A DNA stretch of 64,000 bases from Deltaproteobacteria bacterium (GCA_046583395.1 JAYGCK010000004.1:337-64336), one strand, 5' to 3'. Shown: positions 47,709 through 57,627, numbered from the stretch's first letter. Notes: generated by a model not told the origin, from the sequence alone. Translations and numbers: made by a program.

Positions 47709-49049
47709 GTGAGCGAACGGGTAACGGTGATTGGCGGCGGGCTGGCCGGCAGCGAGGCCACCTATCATCTCGCTCAGGCCGGAGTCGGGGTCGATCTCTA
47801 CGAGATGCGTCCCTGCCGCAGCACGGACGCACACAAGACCGACCGTCTGGCCGAACTGGTCTGCTCGAACTCCTTTCGCGACAACAGCACGATGACCGCG
47901 GTCGGAGTGCTGAAGCGCGAGATGCGAGCGATGGGCTCGCTGGTGATGAAGGTCGCCGACGAGGTGGCCGTGCCCGCCGGTTCCGCCCTGGCTGTGGACC
48001 GCGTACGCTTTGCCGAAGGTGTGACGGCCGCCGTCGAGGGACTCGACAGCGTGACCATACACCGCCAAGAACTGCTCGACATCCCCGATGGGCCGGTCTG
48101 TATCGTTGCCACGGGGCCCTTGACCTCGCCCGAGCTGAGCCGGTCGCTGGCGCGTTTCATCGGCACCGAGCACCTCTATTTCTACGACGCTATCTCTCCC
48201 ATCATCACGGCCGATTCCGTCGATATGACCCGTACCTTTAGGGCCTCGCGTTACAACAAGGGCGGGGACGACTATGTGAACTGCCCGCTCGACCAGGAGA
48301 CCTACGAGGGTTTCATCGACGCGTTGATGGAGGCCGACAAGGTTCCGCTCAAGAGCTTCGAGCGTTGCACCTACTTCGAAGGCTGCATGCCGGTCGAGGA
48401 GCTGGCCCGGCGCGGGCGCGATACTCTCAGGTTCGGTCCCATGAAGCCGGTCGGGCTCCAGCCGCCCGATGGCAGCCGGCCACATGCGGTGGTGCAGTTG
48501 AGACAGGACGACCGGGAAGGCCGCCTGCTGAGCATGGTCGGTTTCCAGACCAAGATGACCTACGGTGAGCAGCGACGTGTTTTCCGCAGTATTCCGGGGA
48601 TGGAAGCGGCCGAGTTCGTGCGGCTGGGCAGCCTCCACCGCAACACCTTCATCAATTCGCCGCGCGCTCTGACGCGCGAACTGATGGTACGCGGTAGCCG
48701 GGGCGTGTTCGTGGCCGGTCAGCTTGTCGGTGTCGAGGGTTATGTAGAGTCGGCGGCCAGTGGAATGTTGTGCGGGCTCAACGCGGCCCGCCTGTTGGGG
48801 GGGCTCGAGCCGGCCTCGCCGCCGTCGACCACGGCCTTGGGTTCGCTGCTCGATTACGTGACCGAACGTAGCCGGCGCGAGTTCCAGCCGATGAACGCCA
48901 ACTACGGGCTGTTCCCCCCGCTTGGCCGGCGTCTGCGAGGACGCGAGAAAAAGAAGGCGCTTGGCAGCCGGGCCGAGGCGGACCTGCACGCGTGGATGTC
49001 CGAGGTTCCAGTTGGGAATCCGGAACGTCTGTGCAGAACTTCTAGCTAG
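47709..49049 (+). CDS. trmFO: Methylenetetrahydrofolate-tRNA-(uracil-5-)-methyltransferase TrmFO (GTG start)
   Basis: VSERVTVIGGGLAGSEA ... LFFAGQ-like region FVAGQLVGVEGYVESAASG. Confidence 0.85.
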   Translation: MSERVTVIGGGLAGSEATYHLAQAGVGVDLYEMRPCRSTDAHKTDRLAELVCSNSFRDNSTMTAVGVLKREMRAMGSLVMKVADEVAVPAGSALAVDRVRFAEGVTAAVEGLDSVTIHRQELLDIPDGPVCIVATGPLTSPELSRSLARFIGTEHLYFYDAISPIITADSVDMTRTFRASRYNKGGDDYVNCPLDQETYEGFIDALMEADKVPLKSFERCTYFEGCMPVEELARRGRDTLRFGPMKPVGLQPPDGSRPHAVVQLRQDDREGRLLSMVGFQTKMTYGEQRRVFRSIPGMEAAEFVRLGSLHRNTFINSPRALTRELMVRGSRGVFVAGQLVGVEGYVESAASGMLCGLNAARLLGGLEPASPPSTTALGSLLDYVTERSRREFQPMNANYGLFPPLGRRLRGREKKKALGSRAEADLHAWMSEVPVGNPERLCRTSS

Positions 49050-49171
49050 AACGAAGAAAATCGCCGCACCTGCTTCGAATCCGTTGACAGGACGGGGCAA
49101 GGCGCGGCATCCTGTGCGCTGGTCCGGGTTGGCCGGGCAAGAAAAACCCAGAAGCAAAGGAAGGAGACAGC

Positions 49172-49441
49172 ATGACAAAATCCGATCTCATCGAAGCCGT
49201 TGCCAAGGCGACGGGACTATCAAAGCGCGGCGCAGCGGGGGCCGTCGACGCCACGATTGTCGGCATTTCCAAGGGCATCAAGAAGGACAAGAGACTGTCG
49301 ATTTCCGGTTTCGGCACCTTCACCGTGCGAAAGCGCGGCGCTCGCACAGGCCGCAATCCCCAGACCGGCGAAGAGATTCAGATTTCTGCCAGCCGGACGG
49401 TCGGCTTCAAGCCGGCCCCCGGCCTCAAGAAAGGGCTCTAA
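49172..49441 (+). CDS. HU/IHF-family DNA-binding protein (second paralog)
   Basis: MTKSDLIEAVAK ... GFGTFTVRKRGARTGRNPQTGEEIQI. GGAAGGAGA Shine-Dalgarno. Confidence 0.9.
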   Translation: MTKSDLIEAVAKATGLSKRGAAGAVDATIVGISKGIKKDKRLSISGFGTFTVRKRGARTGRNPQTGEEIQISASRTVGFKPAPGLKKGL

Positions 49442-49481
49442 GGTATCGGCGCTGGCCGCTGCCGGCGTTCAACGAAACAAT

Positions 49482-49524
49482 CCACCGTGGCGGGCAAATT
49501 GTCCGCCACGGTGGTATTTTTTTT
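49482..49524 (+). terminator. Rho-independent terminator
   Basis: 12-bp perfect stem ccaccgtggcgg / ccgccacggtgg, loop gcaaattgt, then T8. Confidence 0.75.
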
Positions 49525-49530
49525 GCCTAG

Positions 49531-52500
49531 ATGCCCAAGGCCTTCCAACCCGCCGGCGGCCTTAGTGATGCCACCGGGCAGGCCCCGTCGCCGGCGCTTG
49601 CCCGGGGCTTCATCGAGCGTTTGACCGAGAGCGACGTCGGCCGTGGTCTTTCGGGCCTGACGGCCGAAAGACTGGGCGATCTCTGCTTCCTGCTTGGTTC
49701 GAGCCCGGCCTTGGCCAGACGGTTGCTCGCGCGCGGGACCGGATGGCCCCAACTTTTTGCTTCGGTATACGATGATGCCAACGGCAAGGGACCGCCGTCC
49801 GGTTCTGAGGCTGGCCGTCTGCAGGCCAGGCTGGCCGAACACGTGGCCGACGAGATGTTGCGCATCGGCGGCCGTGAGCTTTTAGGCCTTGCCGGGACAG
49901 CCGAGACCACCGCGCAGCTCAGCCGTCTGGCCGAAGGTGTTATCGAGGTCGCGCTTGCCGGTAGCCGACAGGCACTGGCCGCCGAACGCGAGCAGCCCTT
50001 GGATGCCAGAGGGCGCCCCCTGGGCTTCGTCGTTCTGGGGTTGGGCAAGCTCGGCGGCTCGGAACTCAACTATAGTTCGGACGTCGATCTCATCTATCTG
50101 CACGCGGGCTCGGACCGGACCGGCAGTGGTTCGGTGGCTCCCTTCTTCGACCAATTGGCCAAACGGCTTACCGCGATGCTCGCCGGCACCGGTTATCCGT
50201 CGTCCTGCTTTCGTGTCGATATGCGGCTCAGACCCTACGGGCGTGATGGCCCCCTGGTCTGCTCGGCCCAGGCCGCGCTCGATTACTACCAGCGTGCGGG
50301 GGAGACCTGGGAGCGTGGCGCTCTGATAAAGGCCCGTCCCGTGGCCGGCGACCTCGAGCTTGGCCGTGACTTCATCGAGCGGGTGGCCCCGTTCATATAC
50401 CGCCGCCACCTCGATTACCGCACGGCCGAGGACCTCAGGCTCATGAAGTCGCGCATCGACCAAGCTCAAAGCGGGAGCGGTCGCGCCGTGCGCGACGTCA
50501 AGATCGGCCCGGGCGGTATCCGCGAGATTGAGTTCGTTACCCAGCTCTTGCAGCTCGTTCACGGCGGACACGAGACCGGCGTGCGCGAACGCGGCACGGT
50601 CCGCGCGCTCGAGCTTCTCGAGGAGCACCGTTTTATCGGTTCAGAGCAGGCCATGGGCCTGCGCCAGGCCTACGGGTTCTTGCGGCAGGTCGAACACGCC
50701 GTCCAGGTTCCAGAGCAGCGCCAGACCCATACCCTGCCCACCGCCCCCGAAGGTCTCCGCCAGTTGGCCAGGCGTTTGGGCTACGGGAGCGGCCGGCGCG
50801 GCCGCGACCTGGGCGGGGATGAGGTCGCGAACTTCGAACGCGACTGGGGCCGCCACACCGGGTGTGTGCACGAGGTCTTTTTGCGCTTCCACGAACTGCG
50901 CCCACCCGAGAGCGGCCAGGGCAGCGCCTCCTCGGACCCGCTAAGTGCCGCCTTATTCGCCCATCTTGAGGCCGGCCGTTTGCGCGGGGCCGCTGACCTG
51001 CTCGAACAGCTCGGCTTTGGTGACGGCGAGCGCGCGGCCGGAGCCTTGGCGCGCCTGCAATCGGCCACAGAGACCGACACCGGCGGGCAGCGCACGCGGG
51101 CCGTGGCCGCGATGGCACCGTCGTTGGTAGAAGCGGCCGCGATATCCTCCGACCCCCAGTCATCGCTCGACAAGCTCGTTGACTTTCTCGTTCGTGCCGG
51201 TGCCCACACCAGTTACGCGGCTTTGTTGAGCGGCTCGGAATCGGCGATGCGAATTCTGGCAGTGCTCTTTTCGAGCAGTCCGTATCTGGCCGGGCTGCTG
51301 GTCGGACGTCCCGAGCTGCTCGATTGGTTGGCGCGCACGGCCGACCATGAGCGTCAGCCCGAACGCGCCGAGCTTGCCGCGGAAATCGTCGGGCGGCTCG
51401 CCGCTCCGGTCGCCGAGACCAAGACCAGCGGTGACGAGGAGCCGCTCTTGGCCCAGCTTCGTCTGTTCCGCACCGGACATCTGGTCCGCATCGGGATGGC
51501 CGACCTCGGTGGTGCGATAGACGACGCGGAGGTCCACGTGCAGTTGAGCCTTCTCGGCGAGGTCACTCTTGCCGCCGCGCTCGATGCCGCCCGTGACCTG
51601 CTTGGCACAGACCAGGCCCGAGGCGACTTGGGTAGGCTCGACCTGGCCGTGCTTGCACTCGGCAAGCTGGGCGGTCGCGAGATGAGCTATGGTTCCGACC
51701 TCGACCTCATCTTTGTCTATGATACCGGCAGTGCCGATTACGATGCCGGTTGCCACGCGCTGGCCACGCGCTGGGCCCAACGGTCGCTGGCGCTCTTGCA
51801 GACCCGGACCCGCGACGGGATTGCCTACCAGGTCGATACCAGGCTCAGGCCTTCGGGTTCGAGCGGACCGCTGGTGGTCTCGCTGGCGCGTTTTGCCGAG
51901 TACCATGCCGGTGAGGCGGCACTGTGGGAGCGCCAGGCTCACATCAAGGGGCGGGTGGTGTACGGAGGCACCGAACTGGCCGCACGAATCGAAGACCTGC
52001 GCCAAGGCTTTGTTTACGGGGCCGGCCTCGACAGTGCAGGTGTGGCCGAGATTGACCGAATGCGGCGCCGCATGGAAGCCGAACTGGCCCGCGAGTCGAG
52101 CCGGGGACGCAACATAAAGAGCGGGCGCGGGGCATTGGCCGATATCGATTTCCTGGCCCAGATGCTCGGGCTCGGCCACGGCGGCCGCCAGCCCGGAATG
52201 CGCCAGCGTTCGACGCTGTCGATTCTGGCCGCAGCCGCCGACAACGGACTTCTAGGCGCACACGAGGCGGCAGCCCTCATCGAGGACTATCGATTCTTGC
52301 GCCGTCTCGAATCCCGCTTGCGGCTCGAGCGCGACCGTCCCGTCGAACGCTTGGGGGACGATCCTCACGAGCTCGAACCCTTGGCCCTTAGACTGGGTTT
52401 CACTGCAAGGGATGCAGGAGCCGAACTGTCGGCGAACTACGACGCGACCTGCCAACGAGTGCGCGCCGCTTACGAAAGACACTTCGCGATAACCCGTTGA
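49531..52500 (+). CDS. glnE: Bifunctional glutamine synthetase adenylyltransferase / adenylyl-removing enzyme
   Basis: Two nucleotidyltransferase modules: GKLGGSELNYSSDVDLIY and GKLGGREMSYGSDLDLIF. Confidence 0.85.
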   Translation: MPKAFQPAGGLSDATGQAPSPALARGFIERLTESDVGRGLSGLTAERLGDLCFLLGSSPALARRLLARGTGWPQLFASVYDDANGKGPPSGSEAGRLQARLAEHVADEMLRIGGRELLGLAGTAETTAQLSRLAEGVIEVALAGSRQALAAEREQPLDARGRPLGFVVLGLGKLGGSELNYSSDVDLIYLHAGSDRTGSGSVAPFFDQLAKRLTAMLAGTGYPSSCFRVDMRLRPYGRDGPLVCSAQAALDYYQRAGETWERGALIKARPVAGDLELGRDFIERVAPFIYRRHLDYRTAEDLRLMKSRIDQAQSGSGRAVRDVKIGPGGIREIEFVTQLLQLVHGGHETGVRERGTVRALELLEEHRFIGSEQAMGLRQAYGFLRQVEHAVQVPEQRQTHTLPTAPEGLRQLARRLGYGSGRRGRDLGGDEVANFERDWGRHTGCVHEVFLRFHELRPPESGQGSASSDPLSAALFAHLEAGRLRGAADLLEQLGFGDGERAAGALARLQSATETDTGGQRTRAVAAMAPSLVEAAAISSDPQSSLDKLVDFLVRAGAHTSYAALLSGSESAMRILAVLFSSSPYLAGLLVGRPELLDWLARTADHERQPERAELAAEIVGRLAAPVAETKTSGDEEPLLAQLRLFRTGHLVRIGMADLGGAIDDAEVHVQLSLLGEVTLAAALDAARDLLGTDQARGDLGRLDLAVLALGKLGGREMSYGSDLDLIFVYDTGSADYDAGCHALATRWAQRSLALLQTRTRDGIAYQVDTRLRPSGSSGPLVVSLARFAEYHAGEAALWERQAHIKGRVVYGGTELAARIEDLRQGFVYGAGLDSAGVAEIDRMRRRMEAELARESSRGRNIKSGRGALADIDFLAQMLGLGHGGRQPGMRQRSTLSILAAAADNGLLGAHEAAALIEDYRFLRRLESRLRLERDRPVERLGDDPHELEPLALRLGFTARDAGAELSANYDATCQRVRAAYERHFAITR

Positions 52501-53447
52501 CGCCGCCAATCCCGCCGTATACGAGTCGGCGTGTGGAAAAGGCTGATTTTATATGGATGAACGGAGAACTCGTCGCCTGGGACGACGCCAAGGTCCACGT
52601 CCTCACGCACACCCTTCATTACGGGCTCGGTGCCTTCGAGGGCGTGCGTTGTTACAAGTGCAGCGACGGCCGTTCGGCCGTCTTTCGGCTTGACGACCAC
52701 ATGAAGCGGCTGTGGCAGTCGCTCCACATTCTCGGCATCGATGCTCCGTACACGGTCGATGAGATGGCGGCCGCATGTTTGGAGACCATCCGCGCCAACA
52801 AGCTCGAGGAGTGCTATATACGGCCGATAGTCTTTGTCGGTGACGGCGAGATGGGGCTGGCTGCGGTCGATAACCCCATAAACATGAGCGTTGCCGTGTG
52901 GCCCTGGGGCTCGTACCTGGGCGAGGACGGCATCACCAACGGGATTAAGGTCAAAACATCCTCTTTTCAGCGTTTTGCCGTCAACAGCCAGATGACCAAG
53001 GCCAAGGCCGTCGGTCATTACGTCAACTCCATCCTGGCCAGCCTCGAATCGAGGCGGGCGGGCTACGACGAGGCCCTGATGCTCGACACCGACGGCTACG
53101 CTGCCGAGGGATGCGGTGAGAACCTGTTCATAGTCCGGGGCGGGCGCGTCAAGACCCCGCCTATCGCCACTGTTCTCGAGGGTGTCACCCGCAACACGGC
53201 CATTGACCTGCTGTCCGGCGCCGGGGTTGAGGTGGTCGAGGAACGGTTCACCCGTGATGAGATATACATCTCCGACGAGGCCTTCTTTACGGGTACGGCC
53301 GCCGAAATAACGCCAATCCGTTCGCTCGATGACCGTAGCATCGGCGAGGGTGGGCCGGGGCCGGTCACTCGCCGGGTCCAAGACGAGTATTTTGCCGCCA
53401 TCAAGGGCGAGATATCCGAGCGGGCCGGCTGGCTGACCTATCTCTGA
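52497..53447 (+). CDS. ilvE: Branched-chain amino acid aminotransferase
   Basis: KADFIWMNGELVAWDDAKVHVLTHTLHYGLGAFEGVRCY aligns with the E. coli IlvE N-terminus. ATGA overlap with glnE. Confidence 0.9.
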   Translation: MTPPIPPYTSRRVEKADFIWMNGELVAWDDAKVHVLTHTLHYGLGAFEGVRCYKCSDGRSAVFRLDDHMKRLWQSLHILGIDAPYTVDEMAAACLETIRANKLEECYIRPIVFVGDGEMGLAAVDNPINMSVAVWPWGSYLGEDGITNGIKVKTSSFQRFAVNSQMTKAKAVGHYVNSILASLESRRAGYDEALMLDTDGYAAEGCGENLFIVRGGRVKTPPIATVLEGVTRNTAIDLLSGAGVEVVEERFTRDEIYISDEAFFTGTAAEITPIRSLDDRSIGEGGPGPVTRRVQDEYFAAIKGEISERAGWLTYL

Positions 53448-53466
53448 ACCTTCCTAGCATCCCGGT

Positions 53467-54252
53467 ATGGCCCAGCATCAAAGGTATCGATTCGCACCCC
53501 CGGGGGGTGGCGGGCTTGGCATAGGTCCGGGCGCACGCGTGCCGCCGACGGTCAAGGCGCTGATGATCGCCTGTACGACCGTTTACCTTGCCGAGGCGTT
53601 CGGTGGCCGCCGGTTCCTTATCGAGGCCTTCGGGCTGATTCCGGAAAGCGTGGCCGGGTTCGAGTTGTGGCGCCTGTTCACCTACCAGTTCCTCCACGGC
53701 AGCGTGTGGCATCTGGCCATGAACATGTTCATGCTGTGGATGTTCGGTTCCGAGCTCGAGGATCGTTGGGGCCGGACCTTTTTCCTCAAATACTATTTCT
53801 TGTGCGCGGTGGGTGGCGCCATCGTTTATACGTTGGTGCGCTTTGGGACGGTGACCCCGAGCGTGGGCGCCTCGGGCGCGATTTACGGGATACTGATGGC
53901 CTACGCGGTGTGGTTCCCCAACCGGGAGGTCTACCTGTGGTTCATGTTCCCGATAAAGGTGCGGACGTTGGTCGTCTTCCTGATGGCCATAGAGTTCATC
54001 CAGGCCATAGAGCAGACCGGCACCGGCATCGCGCACGCCGCTCACTTTGGCGGGATGGGATTCGGTTACCTCTATCTGAAGTGGTGGCAACGCAGTGGCA
54101 CCACGAGTTCGGCGGGCGGTGGTCCGGGTCTGGACCTTTCGGGGTTTCCGCTGAGCCTGAAAGAGCTTCGGCGGGTCTGGTACCGTTGGCAGTTCCGGCG
54201 TCTTCAGCGAAAGCGGATGGGCAAGGACGACAGTGGGCCGACCCTGCACTGA
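53467..54252 (+). CDS. Rhomboid-family intramembrane serine protease
   Basis: GASGAIYG catalytic serine motif and AHFGG histidine in the last TM. Confidence 0.8.
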   Translation: MAQHQRYRFAPPGGGGLGIGPGARVPPTVKALMIACTTVYLAEAFGGRRFLIEAFGLIPESVAGFELWRLFTYQFLHGSVWHLAMNMFMLWMFGSELEDRWGRTFFLKYYFLCAVGGAIVYTLVRFGTVTPSVGASGAIYGILMAYAVWFPNREVYLWFMFPIKVRTLVVFLMAIEFIQAIEQTGTGIAHAAHFGGMGFGYLYLKWWQRSGTTSSAGGGPGLDLSGFPLSLKELRRVWYRWQFRRLQRKRMGKDDSGPTLH

Positions 54253-54295
54253 GCTACGGGCCGGTGTAGCGGCGGGCGGCCTTTCGGGCCCGCTC

Positions 54296-54361
54296 CGGGC
54301 TTCAGGCCTCGGGGAAGAAGAGTCCGAGGAGGACGAAACCGGTTATCAAGAGAACTGACTC
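54296..54361 (-). CDS. Possible 21-aa hydrophobic micro-protein (MLESVLLITGFVLLGLFFPEA)
   Basis: ATG preceded by GGGGAAAA 8 nt upstream. A single TM-like helix. Speculative. Confidence 0.15.
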
Positions 54362-54422
54362 TAGCATAAGGGTTTTCCCCTAGTCATTTCCCTTTTTGAC
54401 AGATTTGCCGCGGCTCCGTCAA

Positions 54423-54431
54423 CCCCCCCCC
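54423..54431. repeat. C9 homopolymeric tract within a 360-nt GC-tract-rich intergenic region
   Basis: ccccccccc read directly. A G7 tract at ~54528-54534 lies nearby. Confidence 0.6.
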
Positions 54432-54616
54432 TCCGGGTATTTCCGGCCAAGGACCTAGGGGCCCGTGAAAGCGGCCCTCCTGGCGGGGGCCTTGGATGTT
54501 GCCGTTCGGGGCAGGTCCGGTCCGTTCGGGGGGGCGGCGGCGGCAGGCCGTCGCCGCGGCCGTCTCGACAGGCCCGGCCCCCTGTCCTATGAGGGGCCGC
54601 CGGGGGCCGGAATTCC

Positions 54617-55393
54617 ATGATGACCCATGAAAGCGGACACTTGGCTGCCGGTGACGGGACCGGGCTTTTCTGGCAGAGCTGGCTCCCCGAGGGTGCCGAG
54701 AGGGCCACGGTCTTGCTCGTCCACGGCATGAGCGAGCACAGTGGCCGCTACCGGCCGCTGGCCGAGATGCTGGCCGGTCGCGGGCTCCGGGTGAATGCCT
54801 ATGATCACCGGGGCCACGGACTTTCCGAGGGCCGGCGAGGCTGGGTCGCACGCTTCGAGGACCTCTTGGACGACCTCGAACTGTTCATGGCCAGGGCCCG
54901 GGCCGGCGGGGGGCCGCTGTTCATGCTGGCCCATTCGATGGGCGGATTGGTCGCTACCGCCTATCTGTTGGCCGGCCGGCCTACTCCTGACAGCCTGGTC
55001 CTTTCGGGTCCGGCCATCGTTCCGCTCGTTGACGGTAGCGACCGTTCAATCGACCCCTCCAGGCTGACCAAGGACCCCGAGATGCAAAAAGCTTACATGG
55101 ACGATCCCCTGATATTGCGCGACAGGGTCGACCCCGAGCTGTACCTGCGCCTGGCCGAAGGCATCATGACCTTTCCCGGCCGCGCCCATGAGATAGGGCT
55201 GCCGGTACTGCTTATCCACGGCGAGGATGACCCGCTGTGCAGCGCCGAAGGCGCCAGCGATTACGTCGCCGGTTTCTCGAGCCAGGACAAGACCGTTATC
55301 GTTTACCCCGGCGGCCGCCACGAGATGCTCAACGAGACCAACCGTGACCAGGTCATGGACGATCTGTGGCAGTGGGTCGAGGCGCGCCTTTAA
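54617..55393 (+). CDS. Alpha/beta hydrolase (lysophospholipase / monoacylglycerol lipase-like)
   Basis: LLVHGMSEHSGRY ... AHSMGG ... HGEDD ... GGRHE. Confidence 0.8.
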   Translation: MMTHESGHLAAGDGTGLFWQSWLPEGAERATVLLVHGMSEHSGRYRPLAEMLAGRGLRVNAYDHRGHGLSEGRRGWVARFEDLLDDLELFMARARAGGGPLFMLAHSMGGLVATAYLLAGRPTPDSLVLSGPAIVPLVDGSDRSIDPSRLTKDPEMQKAYMDDPLILRDRVDPELYLRLAEGIMTFPGRAHEIGLPVLLIHGEDDPLCSAEGASDYVAGFSSQDKTVIVYPGGRHEMLNETNRDQVMDDLWQWVEARL

Positions 55394-55441
55394 GAGCACG
55401 GCCCCGGCACCGGACGTCGCGTTCTGTTAGGATGGCTGGCC

Positions 55442-56458
55442 ATGGCTGAGGAATTCCGCAGCAAGGTCGTATTCGTGGTCGGTTCCCCGCGCTCGGGGTC
55501 GACCATGCTGGCCCGCATGATCGGTTCGCATTCGCTTATATACGGCCGGCCCGAGCCGCACATGCTTACCCCGCTGGCCCACCTCGGTTACTACGACAAG
55601 GTCGACCGGGCGCCCTACGACGCCGTGTTAGCGGCCGAGTCAATGCGCGAGTTCGTAGCCGAGCTTCCCGACGGCGAGCAGGACTATATCGATGCTTGCC
55701 GAGCCTACTCCGACACGTTGTATCAACGCATGCTGTCGACCGCGCCTGGTAAGGTGTTCTTCCTCGACAAGACCCCGGCCTATGCGCTTGTGCTCGATTT
55801 CATATCGACGATTTATCCCGACGCACGCTATGTCGTGCTGACCCGCCATCCGCTGGCGGTGTTCAGTTCCTATGCCGAATCGTTCTTCGACAGCGACTAC
55901 CGCGCCGCCCATGCCTACAATCCGATTACCGAGCGGTACGTGCCCGCAATCGCCAAATTCCTGCGCGACAAGAAGGTGCCGACCTTTCAGGTCGTCTACG
56001 AGAATCTAGTCGCCGACCCCGAGCCGGTCATGCGTGGCATCTTCGAGTTCATAGGGGTCGAGCACGAGGCCTCGGCCGTCAACTATGGCGAGCACCAGCA
56101 GTCCGGCAAGGGACTTGGCGACCCCATCGGTGTGGCCAAGCATAGCCGGCCGACCACCGGTTCGGTTGAGAAGTGGGCCGCCGAGATTGCCTCCGACCCC
56201 GACCGGCTGGCGCTTTGCCAAGAGATGATTGCCAAGCTCGACCCGGCCGACCTCGCGCTTTGGGGGCATCCGCTAGAGGGTCTCTGGGAACCGCTCGAGC
56301 GTGCCTCCGGCAGCAAGCCCAAGGCCAAGAAGCTCGACCGCTACCGCCTGCAGCGCAAGGCGATAGTCAAGCTGCGCGCCTTTGTAGGCCGTTACGGGGT
56401 AATCCGCCGGCTGCTCGGGCGGGCCCGCTTGGTACTCGACGTCTTGCTCCGCGACTAG
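55442..56458 (+). CDS. Sulfotransferase-family protein
   Basis: VVFVVGSPRSGSTMLARMI PAPS-binding loop. The later RHP motif fits the Sulfotransfer_3 layout. Confidence 0.65.
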   Translation: MAEEFRSKVVFVVGSPRSGSTMLARMIGSHSLIYGRPEPHMLTPLAHLGYYDKVDRAPYDAVLAAESMREFVAELPDGEQDYIDACRAYSDTLYQRMLSTAPGKVFFLDKTPAYALVLDFISTIYPDARYVVLTRHPLAVFSSYAESFFDSDYRAAHAYNPITERYVPAIAKFLRDKKVPTFQVVYENLVADPEPVMRGIFEFIGVEHEASAVNYGEHQQSGKGLGDPIGVAKHSRPTTGSVEKWAAEIASDPDRLALCQEMIAKLDPADLALWGHPLEGLWEPLERASGSKPKAKKLDRYRLQRKAIVKLRAFVGRYGVIRRLLGRARLVLDVLLRD

Positions 56459-57369
56459 TTCCGTCCGGCGCCGTGTTCGACCAGCCGGGGGAACAGCTCC
56501 TTACAGACTGAAACAAAGGCGCGATGGGACTGCGGGGTCGCTTCGGCCGATCTGCGTACCACTCCCCAGGAACGATAGAGGCCTCCGGGTGCCAGCGGAC
56601 GTGCGATAAGCCGGCCCGCTGCGACCTCTTCCTTGACCGCGAACCCAGCCACTACCGAGACCCCGAGCCCCGACTCGACCATCTTCTTTACCGCCTCAAG
56701 GTCGCTTATCTCCATGGCCATCGAAGGAAAGACGCCGGCTTCGAGGAGGAAACGCTCGACTATCCTGAAGGTGCTGCTGGCCCGGGCATAGGCGATAAAG
56801 GGTTGCCCGACGACGTCCTTGGCGCGTACGCGGTCGAGCCCCTCCCAGTCGTGGCCTGCGGGTGCGATGGCCACCAATTCGTCGCGTGGCAGCTCTTCTA
56901 CGATAAGGGCCGAGTGCGTGACCGGAAGCAGCAAGAGGCCGAGATCTACGGTGCCCTCGAGAGTGCGCTTGAGCGTTTGCTCGGTAAAGCCCGATACCAC
57001 CCGGACCTCTATCTTGCCGAACCTCGTCGTGAACTCGCGCAGTAGTTCGGGAAGTACGTGTTGGCAGATTTCACCGCCGGCGCCGATAGAGATACGCCCG
57101 CGGCCGGCGGCCTCAAAGTCGCTCACTACGGCGATGGCCTCCTCGACCTTGGCGATTATCTGGCGCGCGTAGGGTAGCAGTACGTCGCCGGCCTGGGTCA
57201 GTGCGACGGTGCGCGACTGGCGGGTGAACAGCGGGCTGCCGAGGTTCTGCTCCAGACTGCGGACCTGTTGGCTGATGGCCGACTGAGTGACCTTCAGGCG
57301 GCGGCCGGCGCGGGTGAAGCTCTCGGCCTCGGCCACGGCCACGAAGGCGCGCAAAGCCTTAACGTCCAT
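56455..57369 (-). CDS. LysR-family transcriptional regulator
   Basis: N-terminal helix-turn-helix FTRAGRRLKVTQSAISQQVRSLE. Divergent from amt. Confidence 0.85.
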   Translation of the reverse strand: MDVKALRAFVAVAEAESFTRAGRRLKVTQSAISQQVRSLEQNLGSPLFTRQSRTVALTQAGDVLLPYARQIIAKVEEAIAVVSDFEAAGRGRISIGAGGEICQHVLPELLREFTTRFGKIEVRVVSGFTEQTLKRTLEGTVDLGLLLLPVTHSALIVEELPRDELVAIAPAGHDWEGLDRVRAKDVVGQPFIAYARASSTFRIVERFLLEAGVFPSMAMEISDLEAVKKMVESGLGVSVVAGFAVKEEVAAGRLIARPLAPGGLYRSWGVVRRSAEATPQSHRAFVSVCKELFPRLVEHGAGRN

Positions 57370-57544
57370 AACAAATTCTTATCGCTGCTAGTGAATTTGG
57401 AGTCAAGGTCGGAGGGGGAAGCCATGCCCGCGGGGTGGGCATGGCCGCGCCCACGGATAAGGCAGCAAGGGCTTTCCAGGTAGCCGTTTTGTGCGCATTG
57501 CGGCCTCAGGCGCAGACATCCACGGGCTTCGGGGACGGCCCGAG

Positions 57545-57561
57545 TTGGCATCGTTTGTGCT
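57545..57561 (+). promoter_or_regulatory. Candidate sigma54 (-24/-12) promoter for amt
   Basis: TTGGCATCGTTTGTGCT gives GG-N10-GC spacing, matching TGGCAC-N5-TTGC. The perfect palindrome AACGATCGTT lies 9 nt downstream. Confidence 0.4.
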
Positions 57562-57627
57562 TATAAAACAACGATCGTTCAGTCGGGGGCCTAATTGGGT
57601 CCGAATTACTTAGGAGGAAGAGGGACA

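Noticed and set aside
49073-49083. TTCGAATCC, resembling a tRNA T-loop, in the trmFO-HU intergenic region
   Set aside because: The flanking bases cannot form a T-stem (cctgc versus ccgtt), and there is no acceptor or anticodon arm, so it is not a tRNA.
46519-49178. 437-aa and 549-aa minus-strand ORFs antisense to topA and trmFO
   Set aside because: No domain signatures. They overlap well-supported genes and have typical GC-frame artefact composition.
2206-54431. Homopolymeric C/G tracts being sequencing or assembly artefacts
   Set aside because: This cannot be excluded without reads. They are retained as findings because two of them occur at equivalent positions upstream of the two paralogs.
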